The translations under genes and the position numbers were made by a program. This document shows, in pieces, positions 1 to 17,261 of a stretch of 64,000 nucleotides of DNA (positions are counted from its first letter, which is position 1; the number at the start of each line of letters is the position of its first letter). The notes below the pieces were generated by a model that was given only the letters and a program-made list of their open reading frames with translations, was not told the origin of the DNA and made no database searches. The DNA is from the human T2T-CHM13v2.0 reference genome, Homo sapiens. The stretch is taken from the NCBI RefSeq assembly GCF_009914755.1, contig NC_060925.1; one strand, given 5' to 3'.

Positions 1-254
1 GGCAGGCTGATGTTTCCTCTAGGTGACACAAGATGTGATGAAGAATTTTATCTTTACTTCCTTACGAAAATCAGCGTTGATTGCTTGCCTTTTTGTTAAC
101 TTATTTGGTTACTATTAGTTTGCATCTACAGAGGATCAGTTAACATAGTTGAAACTGGAAGAACTAGTGCATCGTGAACAGCCCTGAACCAAAAGTCAGG
201 TTTCAGTTTCACCTGAGCCACTAATGTGCTCTATGACTTTGGTCAAAGCATTTA

Positions 255-350
255 CATACATATATATATATATATATATATTCCCCTTTATATATATATA
301 TATATATTCCCCTTTATATATATATATATTCCCCTTTATATATATATACG
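255..350. repeat. Compound (TA)n microsatellite punctuated three times by TTCCCCTTT
   Basis: Visible directly in the sequence. Confidence 0.95.
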
Positions 351-358
351 CACACATA

Positions 359-672
359 CTGCTGTCCCTTGATATCTGTGGGGGATTGGTTTCAGGACCT
401 TCCACAGATATTAACATCTGAGAATGTTCAAGTCTCTGGTATAAAAATGGCACAGTATTTACATATAACCTCCCATGTACTTTAAATCATCTTAAAATTA
501 TAATACCTAAGAGAGTATAAGTAGTTGTTACACTGTATTGTTTAGGGAATAATGACAAAAAAGTCTGTACATGTTTAGTACAGACACAATTTGTTTTCCC
601 CAAATACTTTTGATCCATGGTTGAATCCACGGATGTAGAAGATACAGAATCACAGATACGTAGGCCCCACTG
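359..672 (+). mobile_element. MER2 (TcMar-Tigger DNA transposon fossil)
   Basis: Matches the remembered MER2 consensus: tcccttgatatctgtgggggattggtttcaggacc...tttagggaataatgac...ttgaatccacggatg...ccactg. Followed by (CA)n at 675-715. Confidence 0.85.
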
Positions 673-1290
673 AAACACACACACACACACCACACACACA
701 CACATATGCACACACATCTTCTCTGAGCCACAGTTTCTTGATTAATTAATATAGCAAACATATATGGAGCGCCTCAATATGCCAGGCACATTGCTAAGCA
801 GCAGGGATACGAAGTCGGTTAAGATACCCAGTCCTTGCTTACTAGCCTCGCACTGCTGGGAGACAGACTTTTGAACCTGTAATTAGAATGGGCAATGGGT
901 GTATAACAGAGACGATAGCTGTTATAAGAACACAGGGCAGAGCTTTTCTGTCTGTGGAGGGGGCACCAGGGAAAACTTTGCAGAGATGGTGCCATTTGAA
1001 TCAACTCAATCTTAAAGAATTCCTCTTGAATTTTTCTTCAAGACTGATTTGGATGAAAATGGCTATACTTGGTCCTCGTGAGGAATCAATGACATAATAA
1101 AAGTATGCTAAAAAGCATAAAAAACAATATAAATAGTCTATTAGTAATGAAATGATTCATGGGCATGAATATTACAGATCTAGTTCTAATTTTTGATTGC
1201 CTGTTTATTAATGTTTTTTTCTTTTTGATAATGAATTATGAGTGCAGTTATTTGAGAACTGATTGTAAGACTGTAGTTAAAAGTGGGAGA

Positions 1291-1445
1291 GGCCAGGCAC
1301 AGTGGCTCACACCTGAAATCCTAGCACTTTGGGAGGCTGAGGTGGGAGGATTCAAGACCAACATAGCAAGACCCTGTCTTTAATCTAAAAGAAAAGAAAA
1401 AAAAAAGAAAAAAAAACAAGAAAGAGAGAAAGAAAGAAGAAAAAG
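1291..1445 (+). mobile_element. Alu left monomer (FLAM-like) with A-rich tail
   Basis: ggccaggcacagtggctcac...agaccctgtct followed by an A/G-rich tail. Confidence 0.85.
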
Positions 1446-1788
<343 letters not shown>

Positions 1789-2292
1789 TCACTATGGACT
1801 GGAATTAAAAAAAAAACTTCTCCAAATATGGATATATTTTCCCATAAGTAGTCATGATAGACTGAATGATTATTTTTTAAATAGTTACATTTTTAGGGGT
1901 TTACACGTGAAATTATGAAGATATGGAATTTAGTAATAATTCTTTTTAAAAACATGTATTACTTATTTATAAACTATATGTGTATTCTGGTGAAAGATTG
2001 TCCTCTAGGAAAAATAAGTCTTAGAATTATTTCTCTCCAGTAGGAATTTATTATTGTCCTATCTTCAGCCAGACAGCTCTGTGGTAATTTCATTTGGTGA
2101 TCTCTTTAATAAATATTTTTTGGAGTGCCTATTTTGTGTGATGCCAAATGAAGTAAACAGTGTTTTATGTAATATGTTCCAATATATATTTTTTAGAATG
2201 AACCATTTACCAAGTATACATAAGTCAGACATTGACTGCATATCCCACTGAACATTTCCATTAATATAAGTGGAAAAAGGAAAGCCGCTTTG

Positions 2293-2540
2293 CAAAAAAA
2301 GGAGGCTTTTTTGCTTCAGCAATATGCAAATTAATTTGAAGCATGCCAGTAGTTTTAATATAGGTTGATTCAGAATTACCATTGTGAATAACATTCACTT
2401 CTATTACTGCTTTTGTTAAAACTAAGCGCCAAAAAAGGAAGCCTCTTTGCTTCAGCAATATGCAAATTAATTTGGAGCATGCAAATAGTTGCAGCATGCA
2501 AGTAGTTTAGAATTAGACTTTCATTAAAACTAAGTGCCAC
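2293..2540. repeat. Diverged two-unit tandem duplication with an identical 29-bp core containing ATGCAAAT
   Basis: tttgcttcagcaatatgcaaattaatttg at 2310-2338 and 2446-2474; aaaactaag(c/t)gcca closes both units. Confidence 0.9.
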
Positions 2541-4381
2541 ACAGAGAAGAGGTGTAAAACAGAGTAGTAATCTGTTGCGTGCACTTGAAGGGTTCTTGAA
2601 AGACGTGCATAAACCGTTACCGTTGTAGCACAAGTTGAGCAGCAAAAGCCAAAGTCGCACATCTGTGTCTTGTCGCCACCTCTCCACTTATCCACTCATG
2701 CTGGCTTTTCTCCCAGCAGCTCTTTGCCCTCCTCCTTTTAACGCTGTGGGCTGAGGTGAGGATGTTCTAGTCAAGAGTCTTTACGAGCCTTATATCGCCA
2801 GGCTTTCAGAAAATGTGAAGCATGGTAGTGTGAATTTAGAAAAAATAAAAGTGTGTATAAAAGCTCTTCTGTTTTCTTTTCTTTTCTTTTCTTTTCTTTT
2901 TTTTTTGTTAAGAAACAATAGTGTTTATTTATCATGTTTTGCTTAGAATTCCTTTGGTATTCTGTTCTCTTGATTTTAACAAGAAGCTAAACTCAATAAC
3001 ATCTTTTAAAAACAAAACAATTTTCGGTTGAGGGTGGGTGAGGAAGTTATATGAAGATTGAGTGGGAACCTCAACCCAAGGACATAATAGACAAGAAACA
3101 GTTTTTTTCCTCCCCTTTCTTCAGAAGTAGTCTTCCGCATGGTTTAATGTGCTAACATAACCCCGGTTCCAATATTTCAAAAGATACAGAACTTCCCAGC
3201 ATGATGATAAAGTTTTCCTGTGTTCCAATAATAAAACCTCAACGTACCAGTGATTTCCAGTTCCTTTGTGGCTCAGCAACTTGTGAAGACCAACTAAGTC
3301 CTAAGTACCCAGCCTGCAGTATCAGTGTGGGAGTCGGAAACAGATGTTCACGGGACAATGCCATTTGTTGTCACTGTCGATACTATGTGGCAACTTTCCC
3401 AAATGAAATTGTTTGTGGATGGAAAAGAATGTAAGCAGTGATTCATGCCCAGGAATTTTTTTTTTTTTTTGTCTGCAGGCTAACCGTATCTTATTTGTTT
3501 TAAATCGCAGAGCATTAGTGGATTAAAAATTTTAGGTTAACTTACTATTATAGTATCTTTTTCATTTTTTGTCCTGTACTTCTAAAAGGAGTGACTAATT
3601 TAGGTAGCTTACTGAGAATAGTAAATACCTTACTTGATTTGAGAATTCAAAAGCAGCTGACATCTTTTCAGATTTAGTGTTTTAACTATTGAGTAGGTAC
3701 AGAGTTGCCATTTAAATGAACAGCATGACTTGCTTAGCATTTTTGTTAATAATTTGGAGGTTTGGAGAATTCAAAATAAACATTAAGTAGAAACATATTT
3801 TTTGGTAATAGGTGGCATTGCATGATCTTGGTTTGAGATTTTCATAAATATTACAAAGGAACTTCCACTAACTCACTCACTGTTAGAGATAATAGATTAA
3901 TTTGTATAAATTAAATATTAATTATAGAGAAGTTTAAAATGTACTTAAAATGAATTTGATACAACAAAGCTACTTAAAAGTTAGGTAGACCATGTCATGT
4001 GACATGTATACAAACTATCCTTTTTCAAGAAAAAACCTAACAAGCGTTTAAGGCATAATATCTACTACTTTAGTGCCGTTTTTATAAAACATAAATTTTA
4101 ATCTACAAATGAAAGTCTTTTAAACATTTATTCATACCAACAGATGCCTAAGGCCAGAATTATAAAATGTTTTATGTTGTTTTAAAAACATATGTATTTC
4201 TCATAATTAGGTTTCGGCATCACAGAAAAATTATTTTAAGGGTCATACAACAAAATCTGACTTTTAAACAACAGCCAAAGGAAAGATTGGTATCACATGT
4301 AGAGGAAGAGGTCCTGAATTAAGAAGCAAATTCCGGAGTTTCAGTAACTCATTTTCACTAGCTAATGTTTAATAAATTGTA

Positions 4382-4765
<384 letters not shown>

Positions 4766-7700
4766 TAGTTGTGTGGTTCCCTCTTCCTCGGACTTCTTTT
4801 TCTCATTTGCAAGATGGTACGTCAGTCTGGATGACCTTTAGGGCTCTCGCAGTTTTTGATTCTAGTTTAGGGCTTTGAATTCTGTTCTCTAGCAGTCACT
4901 GTTAACATTATTTGAGTATCTGATGATAGCTTGTACTAATTTTCCCAGAAAAATGCATAAAACAGAAATTTTGCATGCAATCCCAGGGCTTCATGGACTC
5001 ATTGAAGCCTAGTGATAGTCCCAGGTAAAGAAGCTAGTTAAAGAAAGTTAGTATCCTCACGTTTCTGTGAAGATTCAAGCAAGCATTTCAAATTGCTCCA
5101 AACGTGGGCATCAGAACTTTCTGATTATTAAACAAAGTTGATTGTTTTTATTTTCTAACATATCTACGTTAGAAATTTGGCATTGATACCAGCACACTTG
5201 GAGAAGGCAAAAACACATGAGTTGGTCCACTAAAGACTTCAATAGCACTTGGAAAGAGATACTCGTGTGTGTTATGTATGGCATGTCAAGGGAAGTTACC
5301 TACATCCCAGCTACCTTGCTTTAGAACAGGAAAGGAATGAACTAAGGTGCACTTGCCTGTCTCAACCAGTGAATCAAGACTGATTGTTTGTAGTTATTTT
5401 AATTTATGAAAAATTCAAAATTTAATGCTACAGAAAAGACAATGGGCCTAGGGAGGACTATGTTAAAGTCTTGTTCATTTTCTAGACCCAACAGAGAATA
5501 CTTGAATGCACAGAACAACTGAGGAAAATCATACTTTAAGTAACAAATACAAACTAGAAATTAATTCTTTCATAATTAAGACTATTTCAACTATTAATTT
5601 TCTTCCAATATACCCCTCTACTTTTTTTAGCCATTTATGGGTCATTCTACATTTTCTTAAGTTCTAATATGATCTGGAGAATGTCTTGGACTTCTTTAAA
5701 GTAACTTCATGCATGTGCTCTCATTAGATTCTTTATTTACTACCTTACTTTAATGTTATACATAATACATAATAAACATGTGAAATTCATTTTAATGAAT
5801 AGTGTAAGCCTCAAAAAATTTACTTAACCACTTCTTTGACCTAGCAAATTTATAAGCGATAGTAAAACTTTCCTTTTACCTTTACAATAATAGCTTTTAA
5901 GTACTCAGGCTGACAAATTCTTCATGGACTCACTTTTATGTTTTTCAATTTCTATTAATTTCTCTGTATTAAAGTTGAATTAGATGGATTTATGTTGCCT
6001 ATTCCTGGCATTCATAGCAACTATAAGGCATGATCAAGAAAACAGAAATTCTAATCCTCATGTTACAGAAATGGCCCCAATTCTACTTGACAGAAATGAT
6101 TTCAATTAGGGAGTCTCTGGGCTACCTTTTCTGTTTCACCAGAACAAATGTTATTGATATAAGGGGAAATCCTTGGATACCATATAACCTGCTCACTCTA
6201 TGGAGCAGAGTTACTTAGAGTGCTCCGAATCCCATCTTTGATCTCTGGCGATATTTTTCTCTGTTATGTCACTGAGGTCACCTGGCTCATGTGTGACAAA
6301 CTGCCTGCATAAGTCACAGTGCCAGTGGCAGAGATTTGTAACCATGCCCCTGGTCCATTGCCTTTGAATTATTTCACAGGCCCGCTGCTTTACATTTACA
6401 CTCTGTCGGAAGATGAACAGGGGAAGGGAGTAAAATCAAGGGCAGGGTCTCATCCTGAAGGACAAGGGGAAACAGGTGGAAGGTTAATGGCCCTGGAGCG
6501 ATTCCACAAGCCTCTCAGGCTTGATATATGGGCCTCGGGCCTAAAACGGGCATTGGCTTTCAAAGATATATTATTTCATTTGAGGAGAGACATTCTGGAG
6601 TTCCTGCATTTGTCTGCTGATAGATGATCCTCTGTCCACAATTGGTTATGGCGTGTGAGTTTTCCTTGGGCCTGCTCCCATACATAAAAATTTTGCTGAG
6701 CTCTCCAACCTTTTGCATGCCTTTAGGAATGGGACCGGTGCAAGCCCACTGGCAGGCTGTTGGATTTTTTTGCTGCTATTTTAGTAGTTCCTTTTGAACC
6801 GTGAGGCAAGTGGGGAATGAAAGACACTTCTGTTCATTCATACATGACTTGATAAGGGTGGCCTTGTTATAAAAAAAAAAATGGTGAAAGGGATGTTAGG
6901 AATCAAACATATGTGTCATTTTGGGAAGACAGGCTCAGTCCAAAATTTAGTCATTTGGGTTTCAAAAAGTTGCTTACATAAAAGCTAGATACTATCAAAT
7001 AGCTTTTGACTTTATTACTGTTTTGCACTCCCCAGGCTTTTAGCAAATGGCTTACTCTATTTTTCTTTATTATTTCCAAAAAGTTTGAGGTGATTTGGAG
7101 AAAGAAGGAGAACAGACAGTTGGAAAAAGGTGCTTTACACAGAGATCCATGATTAATTTGCCTAACAAGAACCAACAGGCAATGCTACCAAGAAATATGT
7201 CTAATGGCTCAAATGTTACAATCAAATAGAACTGGTCACTAGATTAATGGAACCAGTCACCCGAATTAACCTTGTGTGGCCTCTCAAAGTTGTACTATAG
7301 AGTCTAAGACTGCAAAAATCATTTGCCTCAGCCTCTTAATGTTCATAGACTTAATATTCATGAAAATATTTGGATTCTAATATGCTTTGATTTATAGTAT
7401 TTTGAAATTTAATTATTAACTCTGGTTTGAGATATATATATATAAAATCTTTGATTTTATAGTTCCTGGTAATTGTGATACTAGCTTTGTCAGAGAGAGA
7501 ATGCTTATTTTATGGCAAGCATTAAGGAAAAATGAGCTCTGTAAACTCACTATCTAAACAAAAGGCGATTTTTCTTTCCAGCTCTTTTGTGTTCCATTAC
7601 CCTTGTGTTTGGTGAATTCTCACACCACTGTATGAAATATCAAAATCCTATTTGTGGACATTTTATCTCGAATAGCTTTGTCAAAAACAAATTCTTCACC

Positions 7701-10675
7701 TGGAGAAACTTTCCATTATCATCACAGATACACTGGCATTTAACTACAAGAAGTTAATATTGGACAAATGATCAGATAATATCTGAGTATCAATAGGAAT
7801 TTCATTCTTGGATGAGAGGCAACAAATTGCAAATACTTTTCACATATATTTACAAGGGATCCTTATCACAATCCCTATTCATATTGCCCTCAGTAGAAAC
7901 ATGCAGCATCTGGCCATTGGCCCCTGTTAATAATGATTACACAGATGTCCTTTTCTTTTCCTCTGGAATATTGCAAAGTAGAGGTTAGACCAGAAGCAAG
8001 AAGACTGGAGAGGCATGTTTAGTACCTGCAAGAAGATATTTAATAACTTTCTTAGAGGAAAGATTCAGAATCACCAATTACATTGAGTTGAATGAGGAGC
8101 ATTAGCCGTCAAAAGAATCTGTTTTTCCACTTGTTGCTTGGATAAATGGATAAAAGCCTGCCAAGGACTTCAGTCCACCAGCTGAGGGTACCATAGCTAA
8201 AATACTCCCAACAGAAGGGCAGGTCCCAAACCACACAGGCATGCTTTTCAATCACAGAATAAAATGTAGTTGTTTTCGTCATTTCAGCTTGTGACCTAAA
8301 TGCCTCATTTTCATGTTTGAAAAGTTACCAACTTTATTTCAGTCCTATTTCCCTTCCTCTGTGGTATTTCCCAGTCAGTAGACCACAGTCCTGTGGGTTA
8401 TATCAATGCCTAAAGCAGAGATCAAATCAAAGCATACCACATAACTGGTTAAAATGAAAGCTCATTCCGAATTAGTAAATAATGCCCGCCTGTCTTCCAC
8501 ATCTGTCAAAGTCTCCCAGCTCAGATGGACACCTCCATAAGCTGATCCATAGGAAGCCAAATACTTGCAAACAGCCTCTTAATTGCTCATTTGCAGTTGG
8601 ACAAAATGCTAAATGCAGAAAGACTTCAAAGGCAATGGAATCTGCATTGAAAACAGGATCTCAATACACATAGTCGCTTATTGTTGCAAAATTAGAATAA
8701 CAAATGTTCCCAGCATGAAGCCAACATAAACTTGCCTGAGTATTATTCAACCTGAAACATAGTCTAGCTTTTTTTTTTTTTTAACAGCAATAGAAGAGGC
8801 ATACTTAGCACTCTGTTTGTTATTCTATACTGTTCATTTTAATGATATATTTAGGTCTCCCTAACACTTTGTATTTTTACGTGTAATTACCCATATTAAA
8901 AAAAAAACATCACTCATTAGTGTTCTGTTCTACTGACTTAATTATGCCCCTTAATTAAATCTCAGCTAACAGGGGGTCACCGCAGTGTCAGTGGGATTTG
9001 TCACTGTTTGTCAGCAGGTGTCTGGTTGCATCTATTTCTGGTTTTCGTATGGTTTGAATCTATTTAAGAACTTGCTACAACCCCGTCCTCCCCTCCACAC
9101 CAACCCCAAATGCCAGAGACAGCATTCTCATTGGAGGGAAGAAGCAATATCTATTTGACAGGCAACTGCTTCCCAAAAGCTTGTTTGTAAGAGGAAATTT
9201 TTGTTTTCATTACTCTAGAAAAAATCTCCTGATTAGGGGAAAGATGCTTAAAACAGACTTGGATAAAACAGATGCACTATTTAAAAGATGAATAGGTTTA
9301 CATTCTAAAAATTATGATCATATTTTTGTATACAATTCTAAAAGTTCCTTGAAGAACAAAAAATATATTTTGTTGCTGCTGTTATGAGAAGAACATCACA
9401 TTAGGTGTTTTGCATCATCTGGCCATTGGTGTCTTTGTACAGAGTACTTTGTATCAATTATTTGGTTCACGTTTTTCATTTTAAGAATATAAAACAAATT
9501 ACAAACATATGAGTCAAACCGAAAAAAATGTCTTTTGTGTGACTAATGTAGGGTCAATAGGAATTTAATTCTTGAATGAGAGGCAACAAATTACAAATAC
9601 TTATTATTTGGAATGAGTCTTAGTATTAAGACTTATATGTCTTCACATTTCACATTAGAATGTTTTAAACTCATGATTTTAGTATATTAATTAAGGGAGA
9701 TATAATTCCCATGTTTCTGTATATAATAGGCATCTAATGTTGATCTGAATAATTGATTAGTCCAGTCAGGCTTTTATAATTAGTTGTCAGCTTTTCAGTG
9801 TAAAGCCCTCAAAACACCTGCTGTGCATCTACAAAGGTCTTACATATTTATTAATGTTTTTAATCTAAAAAGGCATGCAACCTACCTGAAAAGCATTTAA
9901 TTTTTTTTCTGGAACTAAGATGACCCTTCCAACATATGCCCTAAGAAACTAAGGCTATATGTCTCTGAGTTTTTCAGTCTAGAAGATTTTGGACTGAAAT
10001 TCTGATTTTTAAAAATCATAACACTTATCTTTATTTAAAGATAAAAATGTCACAGTTTTTCTATGGAAGTTTTTCAGAACTCATATTTCTAATAGTAAGG
10101 TTAAGCAAGACAATGGGTTACAGATATCAAACTATCAACAATGTAAAGTAGTTTTGAGACTTCACTGTCATTATTGTATAAGCAATTTTATTTTTCTGGG
10201 TTTACCTACAAATGTGGTAGTCACAGAAGAAGAAAAATAATTTAAAGAAAAATTTATAATACTCAGCTTATTTATTTCTGAAATTCAAATCAATTCATTT
10301 CATCCTAAAAAGTTAACTCCAACTGGCTTTTCTTAAGTAACAAATGTCATCATTTGCTGTCCAAGTAATTTTCAATACAATGCTCATTTGATGTTGCCTC
10401 TAAAGTTCTTATCACACAAGTAATAAGTAATCCATACATTACATATATGTGTACATTTTAAAAACCATTTCAAATGGTGAGATAAGAATTTTTATGCATT
10501 TTATGGATTCCTGTACAGCCTCCTCATTGTCATTAGATAATGAAAGGCTTCGCCATGTGTGTATCGTAAAGACCTACTAAGCAATATGAACTCTCCAGAT
10601 TGCCTTACATTTACACAGTTGAAGTATATATATGTACAGTATTGTACAGCAATATTGTATAGCAATGTACAGTAT

Positions 10676-11042
<367 letters not shown>

Positions 11043-12634
11043 TTAAGATTCCTTCTTTCATTCAGTAAATACTTATCAAGTATTAGTTGTATGCCAGGTA
11101 ACATTATAGGACTTATAGATTCAACATGAAGAGCATAGACAAAAATCCCTGCTTTTGAGGATCATATTTATATCTATTTTAGTGACTAAGAGCATTTATT
11201 TAAGACAATTGCACTCATGTAATTAAAAAGCACTTATAATCTGGCAAGCTAGCCTAATCTTAGCAATGGAATGTTTCTGCTCTCTTTCTGTTTAAGCCTT
11301 CAGGAGATCATACCAGTTTTCCCAACTGGCATATGGTGAGTTCAAGTACATTTCCCACATATGCTCAGGGATTATCTTAATTGTATTCCTTTCTGAAGCT
11401 TGGAATCAAGGGAAAAAAAGAACAATAATGATTTAGGGAAAAATAATAGTTTTTTAAAGGTAGATTTATAGTTAGTAACTTTATATAGGTGAACTGATCA
11501 CAGAGAAGGGTGTAAATCATCTGAATAAACAATGGATTTTCACACTTACTAGAATCTCTAAGAATAATATTTTCCATATTACAGCTAAATGAGACCCATT
11601 ATGTATGCTTTCAGATAAACTCACAAAGCTCTTACCCATGTAAATCTCATAGATCTGCCATTATTCGTAATGAATAACAAGTTTTATCATGCATTTTCAT
11701 TAAAAATGCATTAATCCCTTTGTAGTAACCTCTCCCTAATTCATTGATTCGATAATACAAGAACAGTAAACATTTCTGGCATAACAAAAATGTGGTATCA
11801 AAGCATACTGTATCCATAAATACAAAATGTAACAGGAAAACAAATACATTTATCAAAGGAGGATCAGGTTTTCCAGCCACTAAATAATGCTATGGTCGAA
11901 TACTGCTACAGTCTAATACATTAAGAACTCAATCATAGTGCCGCATTGTGAGCCGTTTGTACCGGATCTGATTCTTCCAGATTAAATGACTTGTTGAAAC
12001 TTGAAGATGAAAGACAGGCAGAAGTATCCGGGGCTCTACCCTCAGGAGGCTCCAGGGTGGGTTACTGCCAGTGGGGGACTAATGCTTCCGTCTAGTGGAG
12101 ATAGGAGGAGGAGGATCAGAAGTGACATGTATGTACCCTTTTTTACTTGTAGATTATTTACTTAGCTCGTTTTAGGCTCTGTGTCCTCATCTGTAAAACA
12201 TGGCATTACCTCTTTCAGGTATTTTACTGGGGATTAAATGACTTAACACAAATTAAGTCCTTGGTAGATAGTATATATTCAAGAAAAGTCAATTTCCTCC
12301 TTCCTTTATTGATGCTTAAAAGCCCCTGGTGCTGTATTTGATTGATTCAACAAATACTTGGGCTTGGCACAAGGCACTGGCTATACAGTTACTTCCCTCT
12401 TATCATCACCATAGAAGCCTCCTGATGTGGAAATTAGGCAGGCCTTGGAGTCACACTTGGCTTCAAATCCCCTTCCATTTGCTTCCCATAAGCTCAGCAT
12501 GTAACTTCACTGTCCTTCTCTAAAAATAGGGGTAATGTATAACTTACGTGGTTATCTAAAAAATTAAATATTTGTAGAGTGCAGTGTGCTAGAATATCTG
12601 GATACAGAGAGATGGATTAGAGATGGTGTCTAGA

Positions 12635-12690
12635 GCACAACAGAATGAAGACCTATCTCAAAAAAAAAAAAAAAGAAAAGAAAAGAAAGA
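12635..12690 (+). mobile_element. Severely 5'-truncated Alu (3' tip plus A tail)
   Basis: caacagaatgaagacctatctcaaaa...; flanked by near-identical agagatggtgtcta / agaaatggtctcta (TSD). Confidence 0.7.
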
Positions 12691-13148
12691 AATGGTCTCT
12701 ACCCTTAAAGAGGGGGATACACATGTACAAAACTGTGAATCCCAATGCGATTTTTGTGGGGAATGTGTTCGAATGCTGTTCCTGAACATATATCTCAGCA
12801 TTTCCAAAACAAAAATTACATTTCAGAAACTCAGTAGATAAGAAACATCTGCAAAAGACCGACACAATTTATCTTCAAACTAACAAATGTGTTGATCTAT
12901 GTGCATTTGATATCTCTATACTTATATAGGATGCTAGGAGACAATTTTTTTAAGTCTGTGTGGTGCTCATTTTCTTTGCGCCTAATGTAAGAGCTGTTTG
13001 GTCCATAGTCACCTCTGTCCATTCTAGAATAGAGGGTGGTGAGATGGGGGGTGGTGTTTTTACTCGTGAGTCGTTTGGAGATTATCAGGCTAACTACGTG
13101 ATAAAAGATGCTGAAACACTGGTTTGAGTTAGGGTGGAGAAAATGTGA

Positions 13149-13637
<489 letters not shown>

Positions 13638-13754
13638 TAATAGACTACGATATGTTGAGTGCAGTGATAGAAGTTCCCTAAGGAGAGTAAAATCTCAACA
13701 AATGTGAGTCCTCTTTTTCTCTGCAATCCTGACCTGGGCTAAAATTGGGGACAA

Positions 13755-14140
<386 letters not shown>

Positions 14141-14397
14141 TTATCTGCCTTGTTGCAGCCCATGCATACTCTTCCTCTTCCAATATTCATACATCCACAA
14201 ATGTCCCTCTCCCTTCAACACATACACCCTTCTTCACCAACACACACACACACACACACACCCTTCCTCTTAAAGCTTATTCTCAAGAAAGGTTTAAGTT
14301 TGTCCTTTCAGTTCAATAGCCATCTTTCCTCATGGAGTTTGTCAGGTCCCTTCTTTTGTAATTCTCCTACTTGTACTCTCCATCCACTTTATTTCCC

Positions 14398-15548
<1,151 letters not shown>

Positions 15549-16192
15549 CCGCCCAGCCCCTTGTTATTTAAATCTTTCCTCTTCCACTGGCTCTCATCAG
15601 TCCACATGAATGTGCAAAGCTCCCCTCCTGAAAATAGAACACCACATTACATGGGTCTCCCTGTCTGTCACCGTCCTACCTTTTCTCATCATGACACCTT
15701 TGCCCTTTTCTCCACCTCTTCTTTTTGGTGTTAACACAGCCAATACTGTAGGACTGCAGTGCTAAAGCCGGGCAGCAAGCTCACTGCATTTGCACTTCTC
15801 CATGGGAAATGCCTCTTGTGAATCTTAAACATCATCAAGGAGCTTAGCCACATCTTCTCAGCCCTCATCCTCTCTCCCCATTTTAATCCTTGGCCATCCT
15901 TGAAATTCCTTCTGGCCCAGACTTCTTGGTCACTACTCAGTACTCCTCTCTGAGTGCACCTTGCTAGGTTTCTTCACTAGCTCCTCTCCCTCTACCCAAT
16001 CTTAAACAATATTTTTTTCTAGTTTTCTCTTATTGGTTTCCTTACTTTCTCATCCACACATTCTTAGTGATTTCTCCCACAAACACAATTATGCCATACT
16101 TTCTCTCGCAAACTCCACAGCAGCATCGTGAATTGCTTGCTGAAACATAAATGATCATCACCTCCAATAAGCCTCATTTAGTTCTGCAACTT

Positions 16193-16827
<635 letters not shown>

Positions 16828-16979
16828 TGATCATATCACTCACAACTTTCTATTGCATATGCAGAAAAAATTAGAATTCCTCAACCAGGTATCTCATCAT
16901 CACTGTCTTCCTCTCCATCTCGTCTCACCTGCCAAACTCAAAGCCATTGATTTGACTAGTCTAAATGTAGGCCTGGACG

Positions 16980-17030
16980 TATTTGACATGGGGACTATTT
17001 GAAATGGGGACTATTTGAAATGGGGACTAT
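16980..17030. repeat. 16-bp minisatellite, three copies (tatttga[c/a]atggggac)
   Basis: Visible directly in the sequence. Confidence 0.92.
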
Positions 17031-17261
17031 CTGGCAAAATCTGGGATGGGATGTAAGATGATCGCAATTGCACACTCACTCCTAGCCTGGTTTCTGTTAG
17101 TTATATGTCTACCCCCTCAACTCTTTCCAACCTCTTTCTTGTCACTGTTTCCTCTCACAAACTCTAGCACAGAGTTTTGAATTTGGTAGTTACACCACAA
17201 AATTTTTAACTTGTCAGAAATTCATTTATGATTATATGCAAATGACTTGTGTTGATTTAAA

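Noticed and set aside
196-761. ORFs rich in YI/CV repeats (also at about 41046-41381 and 60330-60638)
   Set aside because: Translations of (TA)n/(CA)n microsatellites.
2065-2695. Minus-strand ORFs with repeated peptides (MLQINLHIAEAK)
   Set aside because: A by-product of the DNA duplication; the frames are not kept consistent between units.
16980-17030. Short direct repeats as a CRISPR-like array
   Set aside because: No spacers, no cas genes, and a mammalian intronic context.
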